DNA of 64,000 nt, taken from positions 35,836,001-35,900,000 of the forward strand of contig OZ024753.1 in NCBI GenBank assembly GCA_964016885.1. Reading direction: 5' to 3'. Below the pieces are notes generated by a model. The model was not told the DNA's origin. It ran no database searches and saw only the letters and a program-made list of their open reading frames with translations. The translations under genes were made by a program, and so were the position numbers. Below, piece after piece: positions 50,106 through 63,233 of the stretch. The DNA comes from Eledone cirrhosa (lineage: Eukaryota). Numbering within the stretch: position 1 is the stretch's first letter; every line of letters starts with the position of its first letter.

Positions 50106-52574
50106 GTGTGTGTATATATTTATACTCACACATGTGTAGTCATGTGTGTCAGTTTATATATTAGAAAGCACATGTTCTGTGATGTAAATAATTATGAATG
50201 CTTTTGATTGTTTGTCTTAATCAAAATCTAATATGTTGAAACTGTCTGTATTGTCGCATTGATTATTCATTGCTGTTTCAGTTAAAATCATTGGATTTTA
50301 ATGAAGAAACCAGCACACACACACACAGACACACACACACTTTCTCTCAATGGTGTGTAAGTAATGGAGCTGAAAATGAATTAGAAATTCTTGTGGATCT
50401 CTAATGAAATGAAAATATCTCTTACTTGAAATTGTTTAAAAGCATGGTGGCTATCTCCCCAGACAAGCTACATACTTAGTTTAACTGACCTCCTATGAGG
50501 TTATATCTTGTTCAGAAACACAATGTGACAAGTCGAGGAATCAAACCCACGACTTTATGGACTTTATGAGTTCAACACCCTAACCACTAAACCAGGTGCT
50601 TTCATACATTAAGTGGAATTATCAAAGGCAAATCTGCGGAAGCCAGTTCTAAACGAAGAATTAAAAGAGGTGACTAGTTAGGAGATTGTTACTGATATCT
50701 TAACCCCATCATCATCATATTTCTAATGAAAGACACTGCCTCATAGTTTTTAAATATTTTTGAAAATAATCAAGAACTTGGGAGGATTTTGTAAAATAAC
50801 CACCATATATACATGAATATAAGTCGACCCTCTCCCCTCCATTTTATGTCTTAGAAATGGGCAGAAATCCAAACCCCATTTATAAGCCGAGGCAGCTTTT
50901 CAACATATTTAGGAAAGAGAATCCAACTGGAAAACTCTTCAGCTCTGTCAAAGACCTAGCAATTTCCCTTGTGTTGGTGCCACAATAAAATGCATTCAGT
51001 AGAGTGCAGGATCTTATGTTAGGGGCCCCTGGCCCAGCTGGAGATCAGAGACTCTGCTCAAGTACTGACCAGTTTGTGATGACACATCCAATACTTCCTA
51101 ACAAGGAAAACCTGTTAAACGATGATGATATACACGTGTGTGTGTCCCCGTCCGTGTCCATATCTGTTTTTACTTTATCCTCTAAAATAACAATTTGACA
51201 GAGATCGATAAAAAACACCTGATTATAGAAAAAGTATGTACTGGAGTTGATACAATTGTCTAAATCTTTTGAAGGTGGTGCTCCAGCCTGACTATAGTCT
51301 TATGACTGAAACCATCAAAAGAATAAAAGTATTTATATGTATGTGTGGATGTTTGAACAGGCTTCCTTACAGTTTTGTCTACCAAATTTCCCCTTACTGG
51401 ATATTGGTCAGCTAGAAGTTATAGGAGAAAAGACGCTTGCCCATGATGCCAAGCAAACTCCTTAACCATACAGCTGATACCTGACTTCTTATACAAATTA
51501 TATTTGAACTGAGTTAGATTTTCCTAGACACTTCGTTTATTGCTGACTTAAGATATTGGATTGCATTGCTATCATAGTATTGATAAATATATTTGTATAG
51601 TAAATATTACATTACACTATATGTACACACAGACACAGGCACTGAACTACTTATTATTAGCTGTTTAACAGCTAGTACAGCTTACTTGGACTATATTCTA
51701 TTTGATGTAGAGCAATAAAACCTCCTCGCTCTTTACAGATTTTACTATGTTCTGATTCAACTGTGTTGTTGTGGCTGCTAATTGAGTGATTTCAAGAAAG
51801 TTGGAAATGATATTGGTGGTGGTGTTGGTGGCAGTAGCGCTGCTGTTCACTTTTCACTGCCGACATGGGTTGAACAGGATATTTTGAGGCAGTATTTATT
51901 CTACAGGCGGATACCCTTCCTGGTACTAAGTTTTGTTTGTTTTTAAGGAAGGTATTTTCCCTCACTGCTCTTCACATGTAAAACTGCTGAGCTTACAGGA
52001 CAGAAACAGGCATCACCTGTTACCTAATTACTGTCAAATGAGAGGACACACAACACACACACACACGATGGGCATCTACACAGTTTCTGTCTCCCAAATT
52101 AAACTCACTAAGTATTGACAGGACATCTGACTGTAGAATAGTACCTCAATAAAATCCTTGTCCAATCCATGCATGGAAAAACAAATGTAAAAATGATTGG
52201 AAACATAAATGGCATGCCATCCCTAGTTTAATTTCTGTTATCTTGAATTAAGCTGATTTTTTATTGTTGTTTTAGTTTTAGAGTAGATACTTTATGGTAT
52301 CTGCTATAGTTCTTCAGATTGCTATGTTTAATTCGAACTAAGGTTTATTGTCTCAATTTTCATATTAACCCTTTTTATACCAAACCTCCTGAAAATGCTC
52401 CTTGTTCAACTATACCAAGCTCTTTATTTTAAAGTGTTTATATTCCTATATCATATTTCTATATAACAACTTTTGTTATATTCCAAACATAATAACAAGA
52501 AAGTTACGTGTATACCAAATCCCTCTAAATTTGTTAGTATTTTTCAGAATAAGTGTGGTAGATTGACAGTAATG

Positions 52575-52933
52575 TAATGGTGGAGCGTTGGACGTACTTT
52601 GTAGCATGTAGTTACGGCCCTTTACGTTCTGAGTTCAAATCCTGTTGTTAACTTTTCATCTTCACAGGGTCAGTAAAATAATTGTTTCTACTTTAGGCAC
52701 AAGGCCAGCAATTACCCAGTGCATTACTGGTACTTTATTTTATCGACCCTGTAAGGATGAAAGGCAAAGTCAACCTCGGCGGGATTTGAACTCAGATCGT
52801 AAAGGGACGTAACTATGCTGGAAAGCATGGCGTCCGACCCTCGACCGATACTGCCCTTCCTAACACCAACCTCATTTACAGTGGGTGCTGGGTGCTTTTT
52901 TGCCGTGGCACCTCCACGACCACTTTGCAGTGG
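52575..52933. mobile_element. Composite: SINE B (+), SINE B (-) tail-to-tail, then a SINE A fragment
   Basis: 52575-52680 family B plus; 52681-52853 family B minus; 52853-52933 matches 1658-1737. Confidence 0.75.
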
Positions 52934-52964
52934 CCAATCCAGTAAAATAATGATATTTGATAAG

Positions 52965-53270
52965 GCGCATAACTTGCATATAGGGGAGCCACTCTCGGTA
53001 GAGCTGCTATTTCTCTGCATCAAGAGATCATAGTTCCGGTACGGCAGACATGGTTAGAATGTCTAAGGAAAGAAGCACTGGACAGATTTTTATGAGTAAA
53101 GCCAAGTGGCAGGAGACTCAGAAGTAGTCTGTCAACAAGATGGTTGGATTACATCCATAAACTTAGTTAGTCTTACTGGGGGATCCATCTGGATCATTTG
53201 GAGAAGGTTTTTTCTGATAGGACCCCCAGAATGGTGTGTCTGAGGACTATGCTCCCATGACCCTATCAGG
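52965..53270 (+). mobile_element. Degenerate fragment of a different RTE lineage (Expander-like C-terminus)
   Basis: EPLSVELLFLCIKRS...HMVRMSKER...PSGRRLRSSLSTRWLDYIHKL across frameshifts. Confidence 0.55.
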
Positions 53271-53727
53271 AATAAGAAGAACAATTTAGAGAGATTTTGT
53301 AATATAATTGTCTCACTATTAAGCTGGTGTTTGGAATATAACAAAACTTCCTACATAAAATGTTTCTAGATAAATAGAAACACATTAAAATAAGCAAGTT
53401 TGTGTCATATAAACTTAAGAAGCACCATTGTCACCATTTAACATTTTTCATGTTTGCATGGGTTACACAAGCTGCTACATTATGAGGCCAGACAGGTCAG
53501 GTGACCACGTCTTGCTCATACAAAATGTTTGGGGCTTGGTTTTCTACGGCTGGATGCCCGCCCTGCCTGACACCAACCTCCTTATAGGGTTGTTTTTTTT
53601 TTGTCGCAATACCAGCAGAACCACCTTACAGGGTGAACTGGGTACGTTTTTGTAGCGGTACCAATACAACCATCTTACAAGGTGGAATAAGTAAATGAAT
53701 ATTTATTTGGTTTACATTTATTTTCAG

Positions 53728-53907
53728 GCCCTCTTTAACAATGTTAAAGAGAATGACAAGCAGAAGAAGGCGAGTGGAGATACTGCAGCATCTCACAAGA
53801 CCAACAAGAAATTGACGGTTGAAAGAATCTACCAGAAGAAAAGTCAGTTGGAGCACATTTTGTTGCGACCTGACACATATATTGGATCAGTCGAGCTTCA
53901 CACACAG
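53728..53907 (+). CDS. TOP2: TOP2 exon 2 (180 nt)
   Basis: ttttcag|GCC...CAG|gtgagt; ALFNNVKEND...LTVERIYQKKSQLEHILLRPDTYIGSVELHTQ. Confidence 0.97.
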
Positions 53908-54890
53908 GTGAGTTATCCTGCACTATACTCTGTATATTTTATCCTGCCACCAACACTAAGGAAGTTATGTCCTTGGCATAGCTGTAGAGTCTTCCCGACC
54001 CTTCATTTGGCGGGATTTCTATGGATGGATGCCTTCCTATCACCATTTATAAATATCAAATGGAATGCTATAATGGTCATCACAAAAAGAATCTACTATG
54101 TCAGATTTAAACCGACTGTATCCGGCCAGAATTCTCTCCTCTTTCTGTTCAAACTGGTCATAACTGGCCGCTCATACTGATGTTAAGGTATTGTTCTCAA
54201 AATAAATGACATCAAAATCTCATAGATTTGATATTATGTGAGGTAAAGCCTTTACTGTGAAAGTATGATAGTAAATATAGAGTCATGTAAATGCTAAAGG
54301 GTTGAAGTAGGAGCATCAAAGCACAAGTTTGACCAATACTTCCTCTCTGCCAAATTTGTATGTAATTAGCACAAAGGAATGCAGAATGAACTCAATGAAA
54401 TACTATACTCTTTGTCAGGTCAAAGTAATGTTAGTAAACAAAATAATTGGATGAGGAATCTGAAGAATTAAGAGTTTTCTTAATCAGATATTTACTATAT
54501 GAAGATATTTTTTGGCAGACTTAGATAGCTGCTGAAGCTCTTTAACTCAGTTAATACTAAACTGCTTAAAACTGAATCTGTTTTGTTTAATCCTAAATGA
54601 AAGTCATCATTTAAGGTCCGTTTTCCTTGCTAGCAAAGATTTAGTGAGTTGTCAGTGAGACCAAGCTGGATACGGACCCCTCGACCTGTCTGGGTGGTCA
54701 GTAGCCTTTCTTCAGTACTGACTGGTTTATGTAGACCTGTCCAATGTTTGCTAGTAGGGAAAGCAAACGTTAAATGATGATGATGATGATATATATAAGA
54801 TGTAGGAAGCGCAGGCACAGAAAATACCTGCAATTTGATTGAGATATTTTTGTAAAGATTTGTTTAAAATAATTCTGCTTTTCTCTTCAG

Positions 54891-54984
54891 CCTATGTGGA
54901 CGATAGACGATGATCTCTCAACAATGGTACAACGAGAAATTTCATTTGTTCCTGGTCTCTATAAAATATTTGATGAAATTCTTG
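54891..54984 (+). CDS. TOP2: TOP2 exon 3 (94 nt)
   Basis: cttcag|CCT...CTTG|gtaagt; PMWTIDDDLSTMVQREISFVPGLYKIFDEIL. Confidence 0.97.
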
Positions 54985-55129
54985 GTAAGTATTTTGTTTT
55001 GAACTAGCATATATTACTTTATTTATTCTATGCTAATTGGGAGGTGAATTGGCAGTTATTGGGACATCAGATTGCCTCTTAACATCCAGTAATGGTTTAG
55101 AAGAAAATATCTAAAAACTACTTCGTTCA

Positions 55130-55480
55130 TTCAGTGCTGGAGAAGTGTGAGACATGGGTGGATGAATTTAGAGGATATATGGAGGCTGGGGAGAAACGAA
55201 GTGAGCTGGCTTCATTGGATGTGTAATATTACTGGTGCATTAACAACTGAAGCGTGAGTGAACTGAGAGAAAAGTTGGGTATGAGAGGAATCGGACGTAG
55301 TTTGCAAGAGAGAAGACTCTGCCGGTATAAACTTGTGATGTATATAGATGAACACTGGATGGAGAAGTGACAGCAGATGCTAGTGGAAGGAAGACGGAGA
55401 AAAACCTGGGTTGATATGGTTAGAGCTGACTTTCAGGAGTTGGGTTTAAGAGGAATCAAATGTAGTGTGCAAGTAAGAAG
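55130..55480 (+). mobile_element. Degenerate RTE 3' fragment
   Basis: Similar to 14240-14560 (gagacatggg...gaactgagagaaaagttggg...caagagagaagact). Confidence 0.7.
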
Positions 55481-55594
55481 TTGGATAGTTTGTTAACAGT
55501 CCAAGAGTTGACTGGTCAAGGAACCACATCTTGATTCTTACCTCTCATATTTGGCATGGTTTCTACTGCAGGATTCTTTTCCTATCTTAACACC

Positions 55595-55895
55595 GACCAC
55601 TTTACAGAGTGTACTTGCGTGTGTTTTATTGTGACACCAGCACTACCACTTTACAGAGTGCATTGGGTACATTTTATTGTAACACTAGCACTGCTACTTT
55701 ACAGAAGGTATTGAGTGCATTTTATCATGACACCAGCACTTCGACTTTATAGAGTGCACTGGGTGTGTTTTGTTGAGGCACTGGCACTACAACTTTACAG
55801 TATGTACTGCCACCTACACTATCATTTCACAGAGTGGGCTGAGTGCATTTTATCATGAAACCAACAATTCCACTTCACAGGGTATACTGGGTACA
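55595..55895. repeat. Degenerate ~49-bp tandem array derived from a SINE-internal module
   Basis: cactttacagagtgcactgggtgcattttattgtgacaccagcacta repeated ~6 times. Confidence 0.75.
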
Positions 55896-56069
55896 TGTTT
55901 CCAAATTAATTAAAACACAGACAGAAATATAATCATGGAAAGATTAACTCGAATGTTTGTAACTGCTTCACTTCAATTTAACCTCTCTTTCTCTGTTGCC
56001 CTTTTTTGTTTTAAAGACAATTTTCTCCCCATTGTTTAAATTAACTCTTTGCTTTTACTCCTTATTTAG

Positions 56070-56133
56070 TCAACGCAGCAGACAACAAACAGAGAGATGT
56101 TAAGATGAACACCATTAAAATAGATATTGATCC
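56070..56133 (+). CDS. TOP2: TOP2 exon 4 (64 nt)
   Basis: tttag|TC...CC|gtatgt; VNAADNKQRDVKMNTIKIDIDP (GHKL N-box). Confidence 0.97.
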
Positions 56134-56430
56134 GTATGTATCTAAGTTTTATGTCATTGTTTAAATGTCATTTTTTCTCTCTCTCTTTCTTCTTTTCAAT
56201 TCAACCAGCCGTATTCAGCCAGAATTCTCTCATACTTATGTTAAGTTATTGTTCTCAAAATAAATAATATCAAAATCTCGTAGATTTGATATTATGTGAG
56301 GTAATTATATGAAATAAAGTGTTTACTGTGAAAATACAATAGTAAATATAGAGTAATGTAAATGTTAAAGGGCTAAATTAAAGTCTCCCAACATTATCAA
56401 ACATAATATATATGTTTGTATATCTATATA

Positions 56431-56496
56431 TACCTATAACAATAATCTGTTACCCCATATATATATATATGGGGTAACAGATTATTGTTATAGGTA
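56431..56496. repeat. Perfect 66-bp palindrome
   Basis: tacctataacaataatctgttacccc-(at)7-ggggtaacagattattgttataggta. Confidence 0.97.
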
Positions 56497-56802
56497 GTCC
56501 AGTTATGGTACTCCGGGTAGTGGATGATATCAACGCTTGGCTAAGTTTGACTCAACAAGGCATTTCCATAGTGATGCTGCGAGTACGCGGTAATTTCTAT
56601 GTTGTAAACACTTGGAGTAATGATAAATCAGGAAAGAAGAGTGACACGGTTTGCTATACAAAAAAGGTTTTTAATCTCATTGCTGACAATTGTTTCTCTG
56701 AACTAGTAGGTCTAGAGATCGCTACCCGCTTGTTTTCATGTCATTCGATCACCAATACATAGTTGTAACCGGTCAATTCATCGGAGCTTGTGAGAATATA
56801 TA

Positions 56803-57126
56803 TTCATTTCATTTTACGTCTGCTTTTTCCCTGCTTGCGAGGGTGGGACGGGAACTGATGCTGGCTTGATTTCTACAGCTGGATGCCCTTCCTAACACCA
56901 ACCTCATTTACAGTGGGTGCTGGGTGCTTTTTTGCCGTGGCATGATATGGGTATGGTATGATATGGACCCCAGTCCCTATCATTTCATTTCTACAGCTGA
57001 GTAAACTGGAGCAATGTGAAATAAAGTGTATTGCTCAAGGAAACAGCACATCACCCGGTCTGAGAATTGAACTCACAACCTTTCGATTGCAAGGCCAATG
57101 CTCTAACCACTAAGCCATGTGCCTCC
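56803..57126 (-). mobile_element. SINE family A with an internal rearrangement
   Basis: Matches 1570-1908 except near 56940-56960. Confidence 0.88.
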
Positions 57127-57220
57127 ATATATATATATATATAAGTATGTATACGTACATACATATATATGTATACAGACGTACTAAGAGTGAGAAATGA
57201 AATTTCGTTACATTTTTTCC

Positions 57221-57261
<41 letters not shown>

Positions 57262-57370
57262 CATCTGTAGCTCTTTAAAATTTACATTCACAAACACAAT
57301 GCATTTCCTATATCTGTTATGTTGTTGTTGCTTTCTGCAGTAGGTTTCAGAGCATTTAATTTTATTTCAG

Positions 57371-57516
57371 TGAAAACAACCGGATTAAAATTTGGAACAA
57401 TGGTAGAGGAATCCCTGTTGTTGAACACAAGACTGAAAAAATGTATGTACCAACCATGATCTTTGGACATCTCTTGACATCCAGCAACTATGATGACACA
57501 GAGAAGAAAGTCACAG
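57371..57516 (+). CDS. TOP2: TOP2 exon 5 (146 nt)
   Basis: tttcag|T...ACAG|gtttgt; ENNRIKIWNNGRGIPVVEHKTEKMYVPTMIFGHLLTSSNYDDTEKKVT. Confidence 0.97.
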
Positions 57517-58107
57517 GTTTGTATATTTATGCTTTGGTATATGATTAAAGAAAAGAGAAGAAATTTAATGATAGAGGGCTGCAATCTTATGTTGTTGTTA
57601 TAGCTAATAACCGATGTAAGTTTGGCTGGGTTCTTGAGATTGTATTTCATAGGTGTTCTAATGATAGGGGCTGTGGACTGGGTGCCTTTTGTCATGACAC
57701 CAAAAAGACCACTTTACAATGTGGATGTAGTACTTTTTGTTGTGACACCAACACGATCGATTTATATTTTAACTGTCTGGGATTGAATGTCATCGTGCCG
57801 ATGGCAACTTCTGCTTTGCTTGCAAGATGGGTGGTGGTGAAAGATGCAACCTCAGGAAGCCAGCTAAACCTACACAGATAGATGCTGTAAATTTCATTTT
57901 CATATCTTATCTGATTTATCATCATCAACATCATCATTGTTTTAACATCCACTTTCCCTGCTACCAAGGGTTGGATGGGTCCATATAGAGCAAGCCTGTA
58001 CTGAAGTGGAGCCACTGATGAATTCTATTTTTATGTAAGTTGTGTTGATTTTTGTTTTCATTTTATTTTGTTAATGTTTGGTATTGATATCCATTGTTTT
58101 ATTTCAG

Positions 58108-58205
58108 GTGGTCGTAATGGATATGGTGCTAAGCTTTGTAACATCTTCAGCACAAAATTTGTTGTAGAAACATCAAGCCAAGAATATAAACGTGCATTCA
58201 AACAG
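58108..58205 (+). CDS. TOP2: TOP2 exon 6 (98 nt)
   Basis: tttcag|GT...CAG|gtaatg; GGRNGYGAKLCNIFSTKFVVETSSQEYKRAFKQ (ATP-binding loop). Confidence 0.97.
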
Positions 58206-59033
58206 GTAATGTGTATTCATATAAATTATTCCATTTTTAAATCATTCGTAGAAACTTAGGGTCACAAAGCCACCATTTTGTTGTCCATAAGATCTTTGAG
58301 ATATAATGGAACAACCCACTGGATGGTCGTGCGGGTGCCACTGACATACCACTTCGACCTTGTGGTGAGTTGTGTGGGAACCATGTTAAAACATCCAGGG
58401 AACCATTTATGAAATGAAAGAAAATCTCACAGGAAGCCAGTTAAACCTGCATAGAAGTGAGCTGCAAGTTGTTAGAGCATATGGTAGAATGTCTCACAAT
58501 ATTTGTTCTCGTTCATTACTTTCTAAGTTTGAGTCCTACTGACGTAAACTTTGCCCTTCGCCCTTGAGGCGATGCCTTTTGGTATATGTTCAAGCTCTTT
58601 CAGGACCAATGAAATAAAGGTTAAGTCAAGAACAGTGGATTGGTAGATTGGTAAAATTGTTTTACAAAGTTCAAATCTTGCTGTAATTTATTTAAGTGGA
58701 AGACGTAATCTGTCACCTGGGTTGACTCTTAACCCTCAGGTGTCTTTAGCAGAGTCCACTCTGTTACAAGGATTCAAGTCACGCGTTCCTTGTTTGAGGA
58801 CACCTTCCTTCTCCACTTCCACCAATCCAAAAGACTTATGGGCACTGTTTTTCCTTCTCCGTCTAAGCAGCAATAGACCTCCCTCCTCCCGAAATAAACC
58901 CCAATATTATTTCATAATATCAATATATATGCATGTATGTATATATGTGTATTTGTCTATATATGAATATGTACGTGTGTATATAAATGTGTGTGTGTGT
59001 GTCTATATATATAATTTTTTTCTTCTTTCATAG

Positions 59034-59246
59034 ATATGGACAGGTAACATGATGAATGCTTCTGACCCAATTATAACTGAGTCTCGAGCAGAAGACTTCA
59101 CTGCTATAACATTTTCTCCGGATCTGCCGAAATTTAGCTTGCAATCTTTAGACAAAGACCACGTGTCGTTATTCTATCGACGAGCGTTTGATATTGCTGC
59201 TTCAACCAGAGGTGTTCGAGTTATTTTGAATGGCAAAAAAGTTCCG
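59034..59246 (+). CDS. TOP2: TOP2 exon 7 (213 nt)
   Basis: tcatag|ATA...CCG|gtaagt; IWTGNMMNASDP...FTAITFSPDLPKF...RRAFDIAASTRGVRVILNGKKVP. Confidence 0.97.
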
Positions 59247-59317
59247 GTAAGTCTTCTTCTCTTTTTCTCTCTCAACCAGGCATATGTCAACCCAAGGCAA
59301 TATTAAAAGACACAAGG

Positions 59318-59518
59318 GTGGTGGATTTGCAGTATCACTAAAGAGTCGGACATGATGCTTTGCAGCATAGAGTTACGGTCCTTTACGGTCTGAGTTCAAA
59401 TCCCGCCGAGGTTAACTTTGCTTTTCATCTTTACGGGGTCGATAAAATAAAATAAAGCACCAGTAACGTACTGGGTCCCCTCCACCCAAATTACTGGCCT
59501 TGTGCCAATACTAGAACT
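59318..59518 (+). mobile_element. SINE family B, full length, with a 20-bp target-site duplication
   Basis: ctgagttcaaatcccgccgaggttaactttgcttttcatc...gtcgataaaata; CAATATTAAAAGACACAAGG on both sides (59298-59317 and 59519-59538). Confidence 0.88.
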
Positions 59519-59622
59519 CAATATTAAAAGACACAAGGTGGTACACTCTGGGACTGAACTTGAAACCACTCAGCCACAATGTAAACACCTTAACCACACA
59601 GCCTTACATGTACCTATTGTGA

Positions 59623-60056
59623 AAATAATTCTTTTGATAACAAACTACCGAGAATAATTCTTTTGATAACAAACTACCGAGAATAATTCTTTTGATAACA
59701 AACTACCGAGAATAATTCTTTTGATAACAAACTACCGAGAATAAATCTTTTGATAACAAACTACCGAGAATAATTCTTTTGATAACAAACTACCGAGAAT
59801 AAATCTTTTGATAACAAACTACCGAGAATAAATCTTTTGATAACAAACTACCTAGAATAAATCTTTTGATAACAAACTACCTAGAATAATTCTTTTGATA
59901 ACAAACTACCGAGAATAAATCTTTTGATAACAAACTACCTAGAATAATTCTTTTGATAACAAACTACCTAGAATAATTCTTTTGATAACAAACTACCTAG
60001 AATAAATCTTTTGATAACAAACTACCTAGAATAAATCTTTTGATAACAAACTACCT
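59623..60056. repeat. 29-bp minisatellite, ~15 copies
   Basis: Unit gaataa(t/a)tcttttgataacaaactacc(g/t)a. Confidence 0.97.
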
Positions 60057-60683
60057 AAGATCACCCCTGGTATTATGGTACAAAGTAGTTTGTTTTGAAG
60101 TGTTTATATTTATCTAAACTTTTCATAGTAGTTGCATGTTGAAACCTTTATGTTCTAAATACCAGCTTACCTATCGTAAAGTTAGTTGCATTACTAAATT
60201 CCTTGGAATTCTTGATTATTTTCGAAATTATTTGAAAATCATAGACTGTGTCTTTCATTAGAAATATAATAACGAAAAGGCTAAGTGATAACATTTCGTG
60301 CTCCTGGCTGACAAATATATGAACGGAGTGCTTTTTGATGTCTAATATAAACATTTTTGGGTGGGTACGATTTAGTCCCATTACTTTATTACTTATTAGC
60401 CCCCACCTCTACATAAATTATTTTTAGATGAATATAAACACTGAAAATATACAGCTTTATATCATAGAACCAAGGGTGATTTCAGACAATTTGGTATGAA
60501 ATGGGTTATAGAAAACATGTTAAAAATAAAGTACCAGTCAAGTATTGGGGTTAATATAATAGATTTTCCCCATCACCTCAAAATTGCTGCACTTGCACCT
60601 AAATTTAGAAACTTTTTTTTTTTTTTGCGATTATTTTCGTGTGTACGTGTGTGTTTTCATTTCCTTAATATTATCTCTTGCAG

Positions 60684-60857
60684 GTGAAAAATTTCAAAGA
60701 TTATGTGGATTTGTACATCAAAGAAAAAGTTGATGATGCTGGCCAACCGTTGAAAGTGATGTATGAACAAGTTAGTGACAGGTGGGAGATAGCTGTTACC
60801 ATTAGTGACAGTGGTTTCCAGCAAGCCAGTTTTGTCAATGGCATTGCAACAACTAAG
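60684..60857 (+). CDS. TOP2: TOP2 exon 8 (174 nt)
   Basis: ttgcag|GTG...AAG|gtaaag; VKNFKDYVDLYIK...RWEIAVTISDSGFQQASFVNGIATTK. Confidence 0.97.
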
Positions 60858-60898
60858 GTAAAGTAATGCAAAAGTTCGACTTAATTCATAGTAGTAGT

Positions 60899-61975
60899 TG
60901 TGGTGGCTTACACATGTATCACTGAATATACTATCAAGTAATGACTGGAACCACATGTTTTGTGTGGCTCACACATGTATCACTGAATATACTATCAGGT
61001 AATGACTGGCGCCACATGTTTTGTGTGGCTTACACATGTATCACTGAATATACTATCAGGTAATGACTGGCTCCACATGTTTTGTGTGGCTCACACATGT
61101 ATCACTGAATATACTATCAGGTAATGACTGGCACCACATGTTTTGTGTGGCTTACACATGTATCACTGAATATACTATCAAGTAATGACTGGCACCACAT
61201 GATTTGTGTGGCTTACACATGTATCACTGAATATACTATCAGGTAATGACTGGCGCCACATGTTTTGTGTGGCTTACACATGTATCACTGAATATACTAT
61301 CAGGTAATGACTGGCACCACATGTTTTGTGTGGCTCCACATGTTATATCACTGAATATACTATCAGATCATGACTGGCACCACATGTTTTGTGTGGCTCC
61401 ACATGTTATATCACTGAATATACTATCAGGTAATGACTGGCACCACATGTTTTGTGTGGCTCCACATGTTTTGTGTGGCTCCACATGTTATATCACTGAA
61501 TATACTATCAGATAATGACTGGCTCCACATGTTATATCACTGAATATACTATCAGATAATGACTGGCACCACATGTTTTGTGTGGCTCACACATGTATCA
61601 CTGAATATACTATCAGATCATGACTGGCACCACATGTTTTGTGTGGCTCACACATGTATCACTGAATATACTATCAGATCATGACTGGCACCACATGTTT
61701 TGTGTGGCTCACACATGTATCACTGAATATACTATCAGATCATGACTGGCACCACATGTTTTGTGTGGCTCACACATGTTATATCACTGAATATACTATC
61801 AGATCATGACTGGCACCACATGTTTTGTGTGGCTCACACATGTTATATCACTGAATATACTATCAGATCATGACTGGCACCACATGTTTTGTGTGGCTTA
61901 CACACGTTATATCACTGAATATACTATCAGATAATGTGTGGCTCACACATGTTATATCACTGAATATACTATCAA
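60899..61975. repeat. 61-63-bp minisatellite, ~17 copies
   Basis: Unit tgtgtggcttacacatgtatcactgaatatactatcaggtaatgactggcaccacatgttt with variants. Confidence 0.97.
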
Positions 61976-62317
61976 ATCATGGAATTTATATGACATTAAG
62001 AATTTAAAACCTTTACATTTTACTGCATATAATTAATTAATTAATTATTTTTTAATGGATTGGCTGAATTATTAGAGTGTCAGACAAAATACTTTATGCT
62101 ATTTGTTCTGGCTGTTTATGTTCTGATTATCCTTCCAATACCAACTTTGCCTTTCATCTTTCCAGAGTTGATATAATTGACTTTCCCCCTTCCCCTAAAT
62201 TGCTGGCTTTGTTAGAAATAATTATTATTACTCCCTTACCTTTAGTCAATCTAAATCCCACTTAGTAGTGTTGTATTTTCCATTCTTTCTATTATTATTA
62301 TTTTGTTTTTATTGTAG

Positions 62318-62419
62318 GGAGGTCGTCATATAGACCATGTTTCAGATCCTTTGCTGAATAAAATAATTGAAATCATCAAGAGAAAAAACAAAGGTGGTTT
62401 GAACATCAAACCATTTCAG
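62318..62419 (+). CDS. TOP2: TOP2 exon 9 (102 nt)
   Basis: ttgtag|GGA...CAG|gtaagt; GGRHIDHVSDPLLNKIIEIIKRKNKGGLNIKPFQ. Confidence 0.97.
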
Positions 62420-63095
62420 GTAAGTTAGGAATACTTGTACTATTGCCTGTCTCGGAGAAGAATTACTAATGAGTAATATTTAACATTTTATATGTATTTA
62501 AAAGTCTTTTAAACCCTCATTTACCATGTAAACACATGTAGTGTTTGACACAAAATGTAAACTTTTGCACAACATTAGACTTAAAACTACACAAGCGGCA
62601 TTCGACTACTCTTTAAAATAATCACTGGAATGGGGTCATCTTCTCTATTAGGAATAATATCCCCATATTTTGACCAACCCTTTTCTGCTGCTGGAGGGAG
62701 CCCACAATTTGGAATGCTTATTCCTATATCTCTCTTGCCATTCTCTGGAGCAAGGCTTTCTCCTTTCTGTCTGCTGGAACCACGAGATGACCTGTGCATG
62801 GGTACCAATGTTATGACACTACTAAAAACATTTCCCTGTCATATTTCATATTTTCTCTCATTTTAGAGGTCATAATAAATGTAGATGTTTTGACTGCTTA
62901 ATAATGAGAAAGTTTGTTATACTAAATCTCCCCAAATTTTTTTTATAATTATTTTCCAAATCATTAGAAAACAATAAGAAGTGTCTTATTAAAACATGGT
63001 AATGAAAGAGTTAATTACATTTTCATTTCATCCATTCACATCACAAATATTTCACGTTTCTAAAACTGCCTTTTTTCATTTGTTGTTCTTTCTAG

Positions 63096-63233
63096 ATAAA
63101 AAGTCACATGTGGTTATTTGTAAATTGTCTAATTGAAAACCCGACTTTTGATTCCCAAACTAAAGAAAATATGACACTGCAACCAAAATCATTTGGTTCG
63201 AAATGTCAACCCAGCGAGAAATTTATTACTGCC
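63096..63233 (+). CDS. TOP2: TOP2 exon 10 (138 nt)
   Basis: ttctag|ATA...GCC|gtgagt; IKSHMWLFVNCLIENPTFDSQTKENMTLQPKSFGSKCQPSEKFITA (QTK loop). Confidence 0.97.

Noticed and set aside
53695-54180. 161-aa single-exon ORF
   Set aside because: Only 53728-53907 is TOP2-like; the rest is intron read-through.
59623-61975. Regular repeat arrays as possible CRISPR
   Set aside because: Head-to-tail units without unique spacers, in a eukaryotic intron with no cas genes.
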